From Candidatus Zhuqueibacterota bacterium (lineage in GTDB: Bacteria > Zhuqueibacterota > Zhuqueibacteria > Thermofontimicrobiales > Thermofontimicrobiaceae), in assembly GCA_034506395.1 (NCBI GenBank), contig JAPDPQ010000003.1, positions 162,818-226,817 of the forward strand: a DNA stretch of 64,000 nt, in the 5' to 3' direction. The translations under genes and the position numbers were made by a program. Shown here in pieces: positions 20,530 through 31,893 of this stretch. Position 1 is the stretch's first letter; every line of letters starts with the position of its first letter. The notes beneath the pieces were generated by a model. That model was not told the origin of the DNA, did not search any database, and saw only the letters and a program-made list of their open reading frames with translations.

Positions 20530-21555
20530 TCAGATGCGAATCAGCAACGAGAGGACATGCCATCGCGCAAACTGAACCTGTTCTTTTTGATAAAGAAATG
20601 CATAATTGACCATAAACTGTGGATGATTAAATTTGTTCTCCTCGGATACAAAAATATTTGAATCGATCAGCCCGATGCCAGCGGAGAAAATCCGCACCGA
20701 GGCAAATCGCTCCTGAAAATATCCAGTCCGGAGTGCCACCACCGAAAAGAGATTTTGCTCAAATCCGAGATGAATTTCTCGAACACCTTTACGATCGTCT
20801 TCAGTAAGATTTCGGACATCCAACGAAACAGTCGCATTCGACCATGGTCGATAGCAAATACCGATGTTCATGGTCTGATCTGAAAGCCGCTCTAAAGGTA
20901 GGCGAACTTCAGCGATCTTGTTTGGGAAATCAATAAAAGCAAGCCCAACATTCATCCGCGGGGATGGCTTTAACAAGATGCCATAGCTGAACCCCCAGCC
21001 GCTGTGTGCCTGACCTCCTATTATCTGACGATAAACGCTGCTGGAGAATCCCAAAGACACGCGATCAGCCAGCTTAAGTCTGGCAATCAGCGAATGGTAA
21101 CTATTATCCCAAGTCGCACCGTCCTGAAAAAATTGTCGCTGTTCCCGTAGGACCGTCGTGTTGATCACTTGTTCATTCAATAACAATGCCAGATCCAGAA
21201 AATTTGCAGTCACCGCAATCCCCTTGACCGCCAATAGGATAGTCTTCAGCCGATCGCTCACTGGACGCTTCGTGCCAAGGTCTACCTCTTGATTGGTTGA
21301 AAATAAGCCAGTCGGCGCAATCGGATTGAAGAACAGGGTGATTCGATGCGCTTTGTCGAAGCGGTAGAAACTGAGCGTTGCGGGATTGAAATTCGCCGAT
21401 ACGATATTATCCTCCATGGCTGTATAAGCACTTGCCATGGCGATCGGCCGCGCTTTGATGGTGCTGAAAGTGAAATAGTAATCCTGTTGCCCTAACCCGC
21501 AACGCCAAGTGAGCAGGATCAAGCAAGAAACAAATTTGAACTTCATCTTGAACAC
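20530..21555 (-). CDS. Putative outer-membrane beta-barrel protein (FadL/PorV-like family)
   Basis: Signal peptide, N-terminal IAMASAYTAMEDN...NPATL motif shared with the OMPs at 33925-34974 and 46556-47779. Confidence 0.45.
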   Translation of the reverse strand: MFKMKFKFVSCLILLTWRCGLGQQDYYFTFSTIKARPIAMASAYTAMEDNIVSANFNPATLSFYRFDKAHRITLFFNPIAPTGLFSTNQEVDLGTKRPVSDRLKTILLAVKGIAVTANFLDLALLLNEQVINTTVLREQRQFFQDGATWDNSYHSLIARLKLADRVSLGFSSSVYRQIIGGQAHSGWGFSYGILLKPSPRMNVGLAFIDFPNKIAEVRLPLERLSDQTMNIGICYRPWSNATVSLDVRNLTEDDRKGVREIHLGFEQNLFSVVALRTGYFQERFASVRIFSAGIGLIDSNIFVSEENKFNHPQFMVNYAFLYQKEQVQFARWHVLSLLIRI

Positions 21556-22060
21556 AGCAACAACTCCAACGCATTACATTTTTCATGAGAGCTTTTTTCC
21601 GTCTCGATCTTCTGAGATGATCAAGAGGAGCTCATCATTTTAATGAAACTTCGATAATTTGAAGCTTTGGTACGATGGTAATTAATTGATCGAATGATCA
21701 ACATTGTTTTCTCATATTTCTAAGACCAAACTACTGAGAGAGAAATCCACGAATTTGGACTCGATCCTATTTTTATTTCAAATTGCCTTTACTGCTTCCA
21801 GCAGTTCACCAATATGAGAGATTCTGTTCCCAATGTAGTATTAAAAATTACTGATCGCACCAGATAACTCCAAGCATAAGACGTTCGGCTTTTACTGCAC
21901 ATTGCGGTAGATCAAACCACGAGCTGCAATCCGTCCCTAATACAAGGTCGTGATAGGCCTCGCTGCACTTTGATTATCAGGTAGTAACTTAGCGATCCTA
22001 TCGGTCGTTCATTTTAGACGAGAGACTCAATGAAACGTTGCAGGATCTTTCATCACACGA

Positions 22061-23629
22061 TCAACTGTCCAAACTTGTTAGCATGGTTTTGGGACGATTA
22101 ATCAGGGCGAACATAAGGGGAACCAAGTTCAACAGCGAAATTGACAGGGTGAAGAGATTGCCATGCTTAGTAAAAAAAGTGGTGGTCTTCCGCAGCGGGA
22201 GATCGTGAACCAGATATAGAGCTTGAAAGATTGGCGATGCCTTCAACGTTCGACCATAGGGATCGACGAACATCGATACCCCGGTATTGGCGCATCGGGC
22301 GATGCTGACGCGGTTTTCGATAGCGCGAAATATTGCCATCTGAGCGTGATGGTACGGAGCGGCACTGCGCTTGAACCAAGCGTCATTAGTGATGATGACC
22401 AGAATATCGGCACCGTTTAAAATGAAGCTTCGCACCAGTTCTGGGAACAAGGATTCGAAGCAGATAATAACTGGGATTTTTAGGAATCGCCGTCGAGATT
22501 GCTCTATCGATGAGTCAGGGATTGTTTGGGTGATCGGCACATCGAAGGAGACAATTTTTTGTCCCGGAGAAAAATTTCCTTCACCCATCTCAAGTCGTTC
22601 CAGGAATTCCTTTAACCAAGGCAATGATTCAGTAAATGGCACGCGTTCGCCAAATGGCACCAAGTGAATCTTGTGATAGATCTGAAACCCTGGGTCATCA
22701 GGTGTCAAGAGAAACACGCCGTTGAATGTCAGATAGCTTTGGTCCTCCATGTATTGAAAATCTGGTGCGCCAGTGATGAGCGGCGTGTTGATCTGCTGCA
22801 ACATCTCGCGAATATTGGGAAGAAATAGGCTTGAAATTCGCAGGTAATCGGGGACTGCGGTCTCTGGCCAAATGATGAGATGCGGATGTTGCTGAGCGGC
22901 GGCCAAGGTAAGCTCATGATAAATCCGCCAGTTCTCAGCCAAAAAGGCATCGTTCCATTTGACATAGGGATCAATATTTCCCTGAATTAGTCCAACTTTG
23001 ATGCTATTGTCTGGAGCTGGCTGCTCTTTTGGAATTACCATTCGGCCATAAATCCAAGGCAAGATAAATAGCAAAAGGAGCAGCAGATAATAGATCACCA
23101 ACTTTTTAAAATTGGAGCTGTTTTTCAGGATGAGCCAAATGACGACATTGATCGTTACAACCCAGAACGAAACGCCGTATGCACTAGTAATGCTCACATA
23201 TTGGATCAGGTTCAAATAATAGCTCTGAGTATACGCCAGCGAGCACCACGGAAATCCCAGTACGCCCAATGAACGGAGATATTCGACCCCAGTCCATAAG
23301 AACGGAATGCACCAGTAAAGATATTTTGGCCCAAGCCGATTGCTGAGAAAGTTATGAAGCACCGCATAAATGATCATGTAAATAGGAAGATAAAGAATAG
23401 CAGCAATTGCGCCAGGGACTGTGACCAGATTGATCCACCACAGTGTGCCGATATTCATGAATAATCCGGCAAGATAACCCCATTTGATCGTCTGAGCTAA
23501 ATTTTTATGCTCCAGGAGCAAAAAGAACGGAATAAGCGCGACATAAGCCAAAAAACCCAATCGGTATGGGGGGAATGAGAAAGATAACAATACGCTGAAC
23601 AATAGCGTTAGTAGCAGGTCTTTTTTCAT
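22061..23629 (-). CDS. lnt: Apolipoprotein N-acyltransferase Lnt
   Basis: N-terminal polytopic membrane domain plus C-terminal CN-hydrolase domain; 522 aa. Confidence 0.85.
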   Translation of the reverse strand: MKKDLLLTLLFSVLLSFSFPPYRLGFLAYVALIPFFLLLEHKNLAQTIKWGYLAGLFMNIGTLWWINLVTVPGAIAAILYLPIYMIIYAVLHNFLSNRLGPKYLYWCIPFLWTGVEYLRSLGVLGFPWCSLAYTQSYYLNLIQYVSITSAYGVSFWVVTINVVIWLILKNSSNFKKLVIYYLLLLLLFILPWIYGRMVIPKEQPAPDNSIKVGLIQGNIDPYVKWNDAFLAENWRIYHELTLAAAQQHPHLIIWPETAVPDYLRISSLFLPNIREMLQQINTPLITGAPDFQYMEDQSYLTFNGVFLLTPDDPGFQIYHKIHLVPFGERVPFTESLPWLKEFLERLEMGEGNFSPGQKIVSFDVPITQTIPDSSIEQSRRRFLKIPVIICFESLFPELVRSFILNGADILVIITNDAWFKRSAAPYHHAQMAIFRAIENRVSIARCANTGVSMFVDPYGRTLKASPIFQALYLVHDLPLRKTTTFFTKHGNLFTLSISLLNLVPLMFALINRPKTMLTSLDS

Positions 23630-24088
23630 TTAAGCTTGTTGCTCTTGGTTGCGATTTTGATTTTGGATCCTAAGATAATCCAGAAACGACTGGAGGATCA
23701 GGATAGCGGCGATTTGATCGACTTTTGCTTTAAGCCGGCTTGGCGATTTGTCGAATTGATGGATGGTCCGCTGGGCTTCGATCGAGCTCCAGCGTTCATC
23801 CCAGCGATGGATCGGTAAATGGAACCGCTGTTGCAATTGCTGGATAAACCGATCCACTTGTTGCGCAGCGACCGTGGCCTCGCCCTTCAAGTTTAACGGC
23901 CAACCGACGACGATCTCAGTGACTTGCTGTCCAATGATAATAGCTTCCAATTCGGCCAGCATCTGTTGCAATCCTGAAATCTTGATGGTTGGCAAACCTT
24001 GGGCAATAGTCCGCATCGGATCACTAATCGCCACTCCCAACCGGCGAACACCATAGTCGATCCCCAATATTCGGCCGGTTGTGTTCAT
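23630..24088 (-). CDS. ruvX: Putative pre-16S rRNA nuclease / Holliday-junction resolvase-like RuvX (YqgF)
   Basis: N-terminal ILGIDYGVRRLGVAISD motif. Confidence 0.85.
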   Translation of the reverse strand: MNTTGRILGIDYGVRRLGVAISDPMRTIAQGLPTIKISGLQQMLAELEAIIIGQQVTEIVVGWPLNLKGEATVAAQQVDRFIQQLQQRFHLPIHRWDERWSSIEAQRTIHQFDKSPSRLKAKVDQIAAILILQSFLDYLRIQNQNRNQEQQA

Positions 24089-24211
24089 CCGTTTGCTCGA
24101 TTCACTAAAAATGATTTTTTCGGCTATTCAGTTTTTTATAAGTATTATCTGGATAAGGCAAAGCCGCCAGCAAAAGTGTAACAACTGGCGGCCTCATCGA
24201 TCCCATGATTA

Positions 24212-24520
24212 TCATTCTAACGGTTGTTTCAATACTTCTTTGAGCAATTTGCCCGCCTTGAAATGGGTCTTGCGTCGCGCTGGCACGTAGATAATTTCCC
24301 CAGTTTTTGGATTGCGGGCTTTCGGCTTCGGCTTTGTGGTCTTCACTTCAAATACACCAAAATCCCGAATTTCAATGCGAATCTCTGGATCGGCCTCGGA
24401 CATGAATTCTCTTAACGTCGTGAATACTCCATCAACCACTTTCTCGGTTAGGTAAATCTTTTCCCCCACCAGTTTGGCGGTGCGTTTGGCGACATCCTTC
24501 TTGGTTATGGTCTGTTTCAT
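24212..24520 (-). CDS. HU/IHF family DNA-binding protein
   Basis: About 100 aa with HU fold signature (RDFGVFEV...RNPKTGE). Confidence 0.85.
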   Translation of the reverse strand: MKQTITKKDVAKRTAKLVGEKIYLTEKVVDGVFTTLREFMSEADPEIRIEIRDFGVFEVKTTKPKPKARNPKTGEIIYVPARRKTHFKAGKLLKEVLKQPLE

Positions 24521-24569
24521 CGATTCTGCTCCTTATTTTGCATTAATAGTGAATTGGTATCTGCTTCGG

Positions 24570-26771
24570 TTAATTTTCAGCTTCTTGCATCAAATTTGAC
24601 AAATCCAATCGCTTGAAGCCGGTGTCTGTCCCACTCAGGCGTTCCACAGTTATGATGCCTTTTATTTTACTGATCTTCCCAATAATAGTCGTCAAATGCT
24701 TGAGATTGCGCACTTCGATGAGCATATTATTATGCACAAACATGTCTTCTGTCTTCAAAACCACGTTGACGATATTGGCATCGGTTGATGAAATGGCTTC
24801 GGTGACATCGCGTAAAAAGTCTCGACGATCATGCGCGACCATGTACAATCGAACCATAAAGCGCTTATCGCGATCCACGTCCCATTCTACTTCAATATTT
24901 CGCTCAGGATCTTTCATCAAGTTTAAGATGTTCTTGCAATCAGTACGATGGATCACCACCCCCCTTCCTTTTGTGATGAAACCAATGATTTGATCTCCTG
25001 GGACTGGTTGACAACACTTGCCAAAATTGATCAACATGTTTTCGATGCCCTGCACCCGAACCCCTTTATCCGAACTTCTCGCCCGACGAATGAACCGCTT
25101 GATTAACGTCTCGTCTTTCATTTGATCAATTCGTTCGGGGGCAAGCTTTTGCATCACGCCATGAATCGCAATATCCCCGCGACCGATCGCGGCGTACAGT
25201 TGATTTACTTCGGAATATCCATAGCTCTGCGCAATCTCACTGAGTTCCTCATCATCTTTTTTTAAATTGTATTTCTTCAGCTCTTTCAGAAAAATCTCTT
25301 CGCCCAGCTTTACGCTTTGTTCAAACATCGAATCTTTGATCCAGCGCTTGATCTTGCTGCGGGCTTTCGATGTCTTGACAAATTTGATCCAATCCTGGTT
25401 TGGATGCTGGCTGCTCGAGGTGATGATCTCGACGGTATCTCCGCTGCGCAGTTGGTAATTGAGCGGCACAATGCGACTATTGACCTTGGCTCCGAGACAA
25501 TGATACCCCAATTCAGTATGAATCGCAAAGGCAAAATCTACGGGCGTCGAGCCTGCTGGCAACCGATACAGATCGCCCCGAGGGGAAAAAACGAACACCT
25601 CGTCCTGGAACAGGTCAATCTTTAGATTTTCCATGAACTCTTTGGAGTCCGGCGCATCCTGCTGCCATTCTAACACCCGGCGCAGCCAGACAAAATGCTT
25701 GTCCAGCTCATCTTCCTTGACTTTGCCATCTTTGTACCGCCAATGGGCTGCAATTCCTTCTTCAGCGGTCCGATGCATCTCCTCGGTTCTAATTTGAATC
25801 TCGACAATCTTGCCATCTGGACCAATAACCGTGGTGTGAAGCGATTGATACATGTTTGATTTCGGGGTCGCAATATAATCATCGAACCGCTCATGAATCG
25901 GAGTGAATAAACTATGCACCACCCCCAGCACAAAATAGCATTCTTCAACTTTATTGACGATCACCCGGACTGCCAGAAGATCCTGGATCTCTTCGAAAGG
26001 CAGACGTCGGCGCAACATCTTCATGTAAATGCTGTAAAAGTTTTTCGGACGACCACTGATTCGAGCTTGGATACCAAGCCGCTTCAGCTCTCTCTGGATC
26101 GGCGCAGCCACGCGCTTAATATATCGCTCCCGCTCATCCCGTTTCTCAGCCACCTTGTTGACCAGCTCTTCATACGCCTGGCGATTGAGTGTCTTGAACG
26201 ATAAGTCCTCCAATTCCCACTTCAATTTGGCGATGCCGAGCCGATGGGCTAACGGCGCATAGACATCCAGCGTTTCGCGGGCGATCCGCTTCTGCTTCTT
26301 CTCAGGCAAAAACTCAATGGTCCGCATGTTATGAAGACGATCCGCGAACTTGATCAAGATCACCCGAATGTCTTTGATCATGGAAATGATCATTTTGCGG
26401 AAGTTTTCCGCTTGGAGCATCTCCACACTATCAAACTTCAACTCGCTGATCTTGGTGACCCCATCGACCAGGGTGGCTATCTCCACGCCGAATTGCTCTG
26501 CTACCTCGTCCAACGTGACCCCAGTATCTTCAGCCACGTCATGGAGCAGGCCACCACAAATCGTTCCTAAATCCAGGCGCAGATCCACCAAAATCTTAGC
26601 AACCTCAAGCGGGTGCTCAAAATATGGCTCTCCCGATTTTCGTAATTGGTCCTGATGCGCATGATAGCTGAAGGTATAGGCTTTCTTTAATAATTCTACA
26701 TCGAAATTATTATTGTACTGACCTATTTTACAAATCAGGTTCTCCAGCTCTTTTTCATATTTCTCTTCCAT
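24570..26771 (-). CDS. rel: Bifunctional (p)ppGpp synthetase/hydrolase Rel/SpoT
   Basis: HD domain (HDVAEDT), synthetase domain, TGS and ACT domains; 733 aa. Confidence 0.93.
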   Translation of the reverse strand: MEEKYEKELENLICKIGQYNNNFDVELLKKAYTFSYHAHQDQLRKSGEPYFEHPLEVAKILVDLRLDLGTICGGLLHDVAEDTGVTLDEVAEQFGVEIATLVDGVTKISELKFDSVEMLQAENFRKMIISMIKDIRVILIKFADRLHNMRTIEFLPEKKQKRIARETLDVYAPLAHRLGIAKLKWELEDLSFKTLNRQAYEELVNKVAEKRDERERYIKRVAAPIQRELKRLGIQARISGRPKNFYSIYMKMLRRRLPFEEIQDLLAVRVIVNKVEECYFVLGVVHSLFTPIHERFDDYIATPKSNMYQSLHTTVIGPDGKIVEIQIRTEEMHRTAEEGIAAHWRYKDGKVKEDELDKHFVWLRRVLEWQQDAPDSKEFMENLKIDLFQDEVFVFSPRGDLYRLPAGSTPVDFAFAIHTELGYHCLGAKVNSRIVPLNYQLRSGDTVEIITSSSQHPNQDWIKFVKTSKARSKIKRWIKDSMFEQSVKLGEEIFLKELKKYNLKKDDEELSEIAQSYGYSEVNQLYAAIGRGDIAIHGVMQKLAPERIDQMKDETLIKRFIRRARSSDKGVRVQGIENMLINFGKCCQPVPGDQIIGFITKGRGVVIHRTDCKNILNLMKDPERNIEVEWDVDRDKRFMVRLYMVAHDRRDFLRDVTEAISSTDANIVNVVLKTEDMFVHNNMLIEVRNLKHLTTIIGKISKIKGIITVERLSGTDTGFKRLDLSNLMQEAEN

Positions 26772-26815
26772 TGTTGATCCAACCAGTTTTATGATGCAAC
26801 TTCATGATGTCATTG

Positions 26816-28192
26816 CTAAAACGGCTGCTGGGGCTCGTGCTCGTCATATATCCTGGTTAGATTTGCAAACAGCACATACTCTTTGACAAACGCTAACTTC
26901 ACCGTCCCAATAGGGCCGCTCCGTTGTTTCCCGATGATAATCTCCGCGATCCCCTCTTGTTCGGTTCGACCATAAACTTCAGGCCGATAAATGAAAATGA
27001 CGACATCCGCATCCTGCTCAATTGCTCCCGACTCCCTCAAGTCCGACAGCACCGGCCGGCGATCGCCGCCGCGAGATTCCACTGCTCGCGACAGTTGCGA
27101 TAACGCAATCACCGGTATATTTAGCTCTTTGGCCAATGCTTTCAATGCTTGAGAAATAGCAGAGATCTCCTGTTGTCTGCTCTCGCTCTGCGGAGGGCCT
27201 TGAATCAGTTGCAAATAATCGATAATCAACAGTCCGATATTCTTTTCATATTTCAGCCGTCTTGCTTTAGCTTTGATCTCAAGGATGCTCATCGCTGGGG
27301 TATCATCGATATAGATCGGTGCCTCTGCCAATACCCCAACGGATAAGCTCAATTTCTGCCAATCCTCAGGGGGCAATTTCCCAGTTCGCACGGCGTGCGA
27401 ATCCACCCGCGCCTCACTGCATAACATGCGCATCGCTAATTGATACGCCGCCATCTCCAAACTGAAAATCCCCACTGGAATCCCATGCCCCACTGAAGCG
27501 TTGCGGGCAATATTTAGACAGAAGGCGGTTTTGCCCATTGACGGCCGACCAGCTACCACGATCAAATCTGAATTCTGAAACCCAGAGGTCTTTTCATCCA
27601 ACTCCGTAAATCCAGATGGTACCCCAGTAACCCCGCCTTTTTTGCCGTGAAAACTCTCGATCCGCTCGAACGTCTCGTGCATGGTTTGATAAATGGAGAC
27701 AAAGCCCTTTTTCAACCGACGATCGGAGAGCACGAAGATCTCTTTCTCCACCGCATCTAATAAACTATAAACGTCGCCCTTATGCTCATACGCCCGGTTC
27801 GTAATATCCGTGGTCACATTTATCAGACGTCGCAAAAGCGCTGTCTCCAGCACGATCTTGGCATAATGTTCCACATTGGCTGCCGAAGGCACTTTCTCCG
27901 CCAATTGGATCAAATAATAATTGCCACCAACTTCCTCTAATATCCCTTTCTTTTTCAGCGCATCCGCCATTGTGATCACATCAATCGGCTCTTGATGATC
28001 GTACAGCTCCACCGCTGTCTTAAATAGCTTTTGATGCGCCGTCTTGTAAAAACACGATTCGTCTAAAATCTCAATCGCCTTTCCCACAGCATCTCGTTCC
28101 AAAAACATGGCGCCCAGCACCGCCATCTCGGCCTCGATGTCTTGCGGCGGTAGCCGTTGTATCTTTGCCTCTTCTTTCCTCACTACTTCCAT
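26816..28192 (-). CDS. dnaB: Replicative DNA helicase DnaB
   Basis: DnaB N-terminal domain, Walker A GRPSMGKTAF, RecA-like C-terminal domain. Confidence 0.93.
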   Translation of the reverse strand: MEVVRKEEAKIQRLPPQDIEAEMAVLGAMFLERDAVGKAIEILDESCFYKTAHQKLFKTAVELYDHQEPIDVITMADALKKKGILEEVGGNYYLIQLAEKVPSAANVEHYAKIVLETALLRRLINVTTDITNRAYEHKGDVYSLLDAVEKEIFVLSDRRLKKGFVSIYQTMHETFERIESFHGKKGGVTGVPSGFTELDEKTSGFQNSDLIVVAGRPSMGKTAFCLNIARNASVGHGIPVGIFSLEMAAYQLAMRMLCSEARVDSHAVRTGKLPPEDWQKLSLSVGVLAEAPIYIDDTPAMSILEIKAKARRLKYEKNIGLLIIDYLQLIQGPPQSESRQQEISAISQALKALAKELNIPVIALSQLSRAVESRGGDRRPVLSDLRESGAIEQDADVVIFIYRPEVYGRTEQEGIAEIIIGKQRSGPIGTVKLAFVKEYVLFANLTRIYDEHEPQQPF

Positions 28193-28309
28193 GGTGATTC
28201 ACCCACTCTCTCCAACAATCCTTCCGTGCTGTTCGCCTGCTCAGGCTATCATTCTCACCACAATGCTTCAAATCTTATGCCATGCTGAACCGAGATATAT
28301 AGCGTTTTT

Positions 28310-29068
28310 CTATGAATTTCCCTGAAATAGTTTCTGAAACAATTGCACATCTTCCCAGGTTCCCCGTTTCAGCGCTGGATTTCGCAACAATGCTGCTGGA
28401 TGATAGGTCACTACAGCTTGCGCATCCCTCAGTTGATAAACCTTCCCGCGCAAATTGGTCAAAGGTTCATCAGTTTTCAGTAAACTTCCAGCCGCAATCC
28501 GTCCCAACAGCAAAATAAATTTCGGCTCGATGATTTCTATTTGCCTCGTTAAAATATAACTACAAGCCTCACACTCTTCTGGCAATGGATCTCGATTATT
28601 GGGCGGACGACATTTCACCACATTGGTGATAAAAATGCCCTGCCGCGACAAATTAATTGCAGCCAAAATGCGATCCAATAGCTGACCAGCACTGCCGACG
28701 AACGGCTTCCCTTGTTGATCTTCATGAAACCCTGGGGCTTCGCCAATTAACAGGATCGAAGAATTGGGATTGCCGCTGCCAAATACCAACCGGGTTCTAT
28801 GACGCGCTAAACCGCACTTTTGACAATCCTTCACTTCGTAGTAGAACTTTAACAGGGTATCTCGTCGGGAAGGGGCAGTTGCTTCGGGCACCATCGGCTG
28901 AGCCGATCGCACGTAGATTTCATCGCCATAAAGTTCCTGCTGGCTGCGCAAGTAGCGCCTTAACTCCTCCAGCAAATTGATGATCCCTTGTTGAAGCGGA
29001 TGTTCCATTCCTCTAATCACCTTTCTCTGGGTCCGCGACAAAAGCAACTTCAGCAATTGAAAAATCAA
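28310..29068 (-). CDS. Family 4 uracil-DNA glycosylase (4Fe-4S)
   Basis: CxxC...C cluster, GEAPG, FVGSAGQLL, HPAALLRNP motifs; N-terminal ~60 aa extension. Confidence 0.85.
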   Translation of the reverse strand: MIFQLLKLLLSRTQRKVIRGMEHPLQQGIINLLEELRRYLRSQQELYGDEIYVRSAQPMVPEATAPSRRDTLLKFYYEVKDCQKCGLARHRTRLVFGSGNPNSSILLIGEAPGFHEDQQGKPFVGSAGQLLDRILAAINLSRQGIFITNVVKCRPPNNRDPLPEECEACSYILTRQIEIIEPKFILLLGRIAAGSLLKTDEPLTNLRGKVYQLRDAQAVVTYHPAALLRNPALKRGTWEDVQLFQKLFQGNS

Positions 29069-29245
29069 CCCCTACCAAAGACTCTTTCAATGCCTATACA
29101 AAAATTCAAGCGTCAGTTTTGTCACCCTCCACAAGATTCACTACAATGAATTTCCCAAAGCTCTTCCCAGTTTTACTCGTCTTCAATCATTACTGGATTC
29201 TTCACAAAGTGGAAAATGCCAACCTCTCACAACAACAGCTACCCA

Positions 29246-30457
29246 TCATTTTCGCACCTCGATCATCCGGATCACCCGAGCTAAAATCTGTTGTGCGACC
29301 TGATGTTTCGTCATGAGTGGCAGCTCTTCGCTGCCGCCGGCTGCGTCAAGTAGCGTCACCCGATTGGTATCTGTGCCAAATCCTGCTCCGGGTAAAAGCG
29401 GGTTATTTACAACTATTAGATCGAGTCTTTTTTCGATCAACTTTTCTCGAGCATGTTCAAGTTCGTGTTCGGTCTCAACCGCAAATCCAACTAAGATCTG
29501 ATTCTGCTTAGTGCGACCAAGTTCTTTTAGAATATCTCGGGTTCTTACCAACCGAAGCGACCCGGCAATATCACTCTTTTTTATTTTTTGCAGTGAATAT
29601 TGTTCGGGCTTAAAATCAGCAACTGCCGCTGCCATGATAATGACATCTTGCTGTGATGCAGCCCCCAAAACAGCATCGGCCATTTGATCTGCGGTTTGGA
29701 CCGAAACATAGTTGACAAAAACGGGCGCTCGGAGCTGATTTGGTCCGCTGATCAGCGTCACCTCTGCCCCGTTCAATGCTGCCATTTCTGCAATGGCGAA
29801 TCCCATTTTGCCAGTGGATCGATTGGTGATGAAACGGACTGGATCGAGTGGTTCTTCTGTTCTGCCAGCGGTGACCAAAATTTTCTTGCCAGCCAACCGA
29901 TGAGTTCCTAACACCACCATTTTGATCTTATCAATGATAGCTGGAATATCGGCTAACCGTCCCCAACCGATTTCACCGCAAGCAAGTTCCCCAGAACCAG
30001 GAGGCACGATGTGATACCCTTTCTTAACGAGTTGATCAATGTTTTGCTGGACGATGGTGTTTTGGTACATTTCCTTGTTCATGGCTGGACAGAAAATCAC
30101 TGGACTCGTGGTCGCCATCACCAAAGTGGTCAATAAATTATCTGCCAGGCCGACGGCAATTTTGCCAATGGTATTCGCGGTGGCTGGGCAAATGACAATC
30201 ACATCTGCCCAACGTGCCGCCTCAATGTGAATCGTCCCTGCCCCGGCGTCTTGGCTGCCAAACATCTCGCTCAGCACTGGGTGTTCAGATAGCGTCGCAA
30301 AAGTCAATGGAGTAACAAATTCAGTGGCAGCGCGCGTCATGACCACTCGCACCACAGCCCCGTGACGCTTTAGCTCGCGAATTAGCTCCGCAGTCTTATA
30401 GGCAGCGATGCCTCCCGTCACACCCACCAGTATTTTGGCCCCAGAGAGCATTATCAA
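29246..30457 (-). CDS. coaBC: Bifunctional phosphopantothenoylcysteine decarboxylase / phosphopantothenate-cysteine ligase CoaBC
   Basis: N-terminal flavoprotein domain (KILVGVTGGIAAYK) plus C-terminal DFP domain; 403 aa. Confidence 0.92.
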   Translation of the reverse strand: MIMLSGAKILVGVTGGIAAYKTAELIRELKRHGAVVRVVMTRAATEFVTPLTFATLSEHPVLSEMFGSQDAGAGTIHIEAARWADVIVICPATANTIGKIAVGLADNLLTTLVMATTSPVIFCPAMNKEMYQNTIVQQNIDQLVKKGYHIVPPGSGELACGEIGWGRLADIPAIIDKIKMVVLGTHRLAGKKILVTAGRTEEPLDPVRFITNRSTGKMGFAIAEMAALNGAEVTLISGPNQLRAPVFVNYVSVQTADQMADAVLGAASQQDVIIMAAAVADFKPEQYSLQKIKKSDIAGSLRLVRTRDILKELGRTKQNQILVGFAVETEHELEHAREKLIEKRLDLIVVNNPLLPGAGFGTDTNRVTLLDAAGGSEELPLMTKHQVAQQILARVIRMIEVRK

Positions 30458-30771
30458 TTCTCACGTTCTTCCATCTCAGGTTCCAAGCCATAATCCCACT
30501 TAATTTTCCCAGCTAACATCTCTTGGATCGCCTGTTCCGTGGGCTTGGGCAGTTTGAGGACCTTCTTCTTGGTCGCTTCTGGTTCTTCAGTTTCGCGCAT
30601 TTCCTCATCATCGTCATAATCATCGACCGAATCATCCATCTGAGTCTCTACATCGATCAATCGCTTCTGTTCCTCGTTAATCTGTCGTGCTCGCTTTGCG
30701 ATCACTATAATCGCCTCATAAATATTATTGCTCAACTTCTCTAATTCGTTCAACGGAAGTGTGCTGGACAT
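30454..30771 (-). CDS. rpoZ: DNA-directed RNA polymerase subunit omega with long acidic C-terminal extension
   Basis: NNIYEAIIVIAKRARQI omega core; conserved position between gmk and coaBC. Confidence 0.75.
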   Translation of the reverse strand: MSSTLPLNELEKLSNNIYEAIIVIAKRARQINEEQKRLIDVETQMDDSVDDYDDDEEMRETEEPEATKKKVLKLPKPTEQAIQEMLAGKIKWDYGLEPEMEEREN

Positions 30772-31293
30772 TTTTTAAAACCTCCTGCGCATTTAATGAA
30801 TTTGTCCTGATATGTTATTTTGGCAATCCAATTTGGCTTACCACTCAAAATCTCGAATCAATGTCTTGCTAAAACTCATCCTCATTCAAAATCTTTGCCT
30901 CGCTTTCATATGAATATCAGATAATCCCCATCTATATCTTTCTCCATTCCTGTATTTTTAGTGCATAAAACTTTAACCTTGCCCATCAACTTGCAAAAGA
31001 TCAACCGCCAACCGAATTTTTTTATCCGCCTCGTCTATCGATAGATGGTCGAAATGAAGTTGATCATCGTTCAAAATCAGAATTTCACAACCCCTGCTTT
31101 ATGGTTATAGACTTGAACTCCTATCCGTACTCAAACCCAGAACCCGACAAGCCACAGCCTCTCATCTCCCTCAATTTTCAGGAAAGGATCAGAGTGAAGC
31201 CAAAGAGTCAAATTTTCAATCACCATCTCACTGCGCTATGATTATTAATCCAAAAGAAAATCTTTAGCTCCCCTTTTCATGTCAAAGCTCATC

Positions 31294-31881
31294 TCATTGC
31301 GCTAGGGCATCAGATTTCTGTTTCGAAAAATTATCGATGATTTCAAGCACTTGCGCTACGGTCGTATCCAAATCTTGGTTTACTACGACATAATCGAACA
31401 ACCGGGCCTTTTCCATCTCCATCGGGATCCGTTGCAGCCGGGTGTTAATCTCCTCGGCTGAATCAGTGTTGCGACTTTTTAGCCGCTGGATTAACGTTTC
31501 AATCGAAGGCGGCGCAAGAAAGATGGTGAGCGTCTGTTCTGGCAAAACTTTGGCGACCTTTAGAGCACCATTCACGTCAATATCAAAAAGAATGTGCTTC
31601 CCTTTCTTTAAACAGGAGTCAATATAATCTCGGGGCGTACCATAAAGATGACCATGAACCGATTCCCACTCTAAAAATTTTCCATTCTCGATCCCCTGCC
31701 GAAATTCTGACTCTGTCATAAAGAAATAGTCTTTTCCATCGATCTCGCCAGGGCGCGGTTTTCGGGTGGTTGCTGAGATAGAATAAACAAATCTCTCGGG
31801 ATCGCGCGCTAATATTTTTTGGATGACAGAAGTTTTACCTCCTCCAGATGGAGATGATAAAATAATCAATAATCCCTGCAT
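31294..31881 (-). CDS. gmk: Guanylate kinase
   Basis: P-loop SSPSGGGKTS and guanylate kinase signature. Confidence 0.93.
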   Translation of the reverse strand: MQGLLIILSSPSGGGKTSVIQKILARDPERFVYSISATTRKPRPGEIDGKDYFFMTESEFRQGIENGKFLEWESVHGHLYGTPRDYIDSCLKKGKHILFDIDVNGALKVAKVLPEQTLTIFLAPPSIETLIQRLKSRNTDSAEEINTRLQRIPMEMEKARLFDYVVVNQDLDTTVAQVLEIIDNFSKQKSDALAQ

Positions 31882-31893
31882 TTGTCCCGCCGA

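Noticed and set aside
30772-31293. Possible tRNA or other structured RNA in the 520-bp rpoZ-gmk gap
   Set aside because: No tRNA-like T-arm/acceptor signatures (GGTTCGAATCC-type) or other recognisable ncRNA motifs were seen by eye; not reportable without a covariance-model scan.
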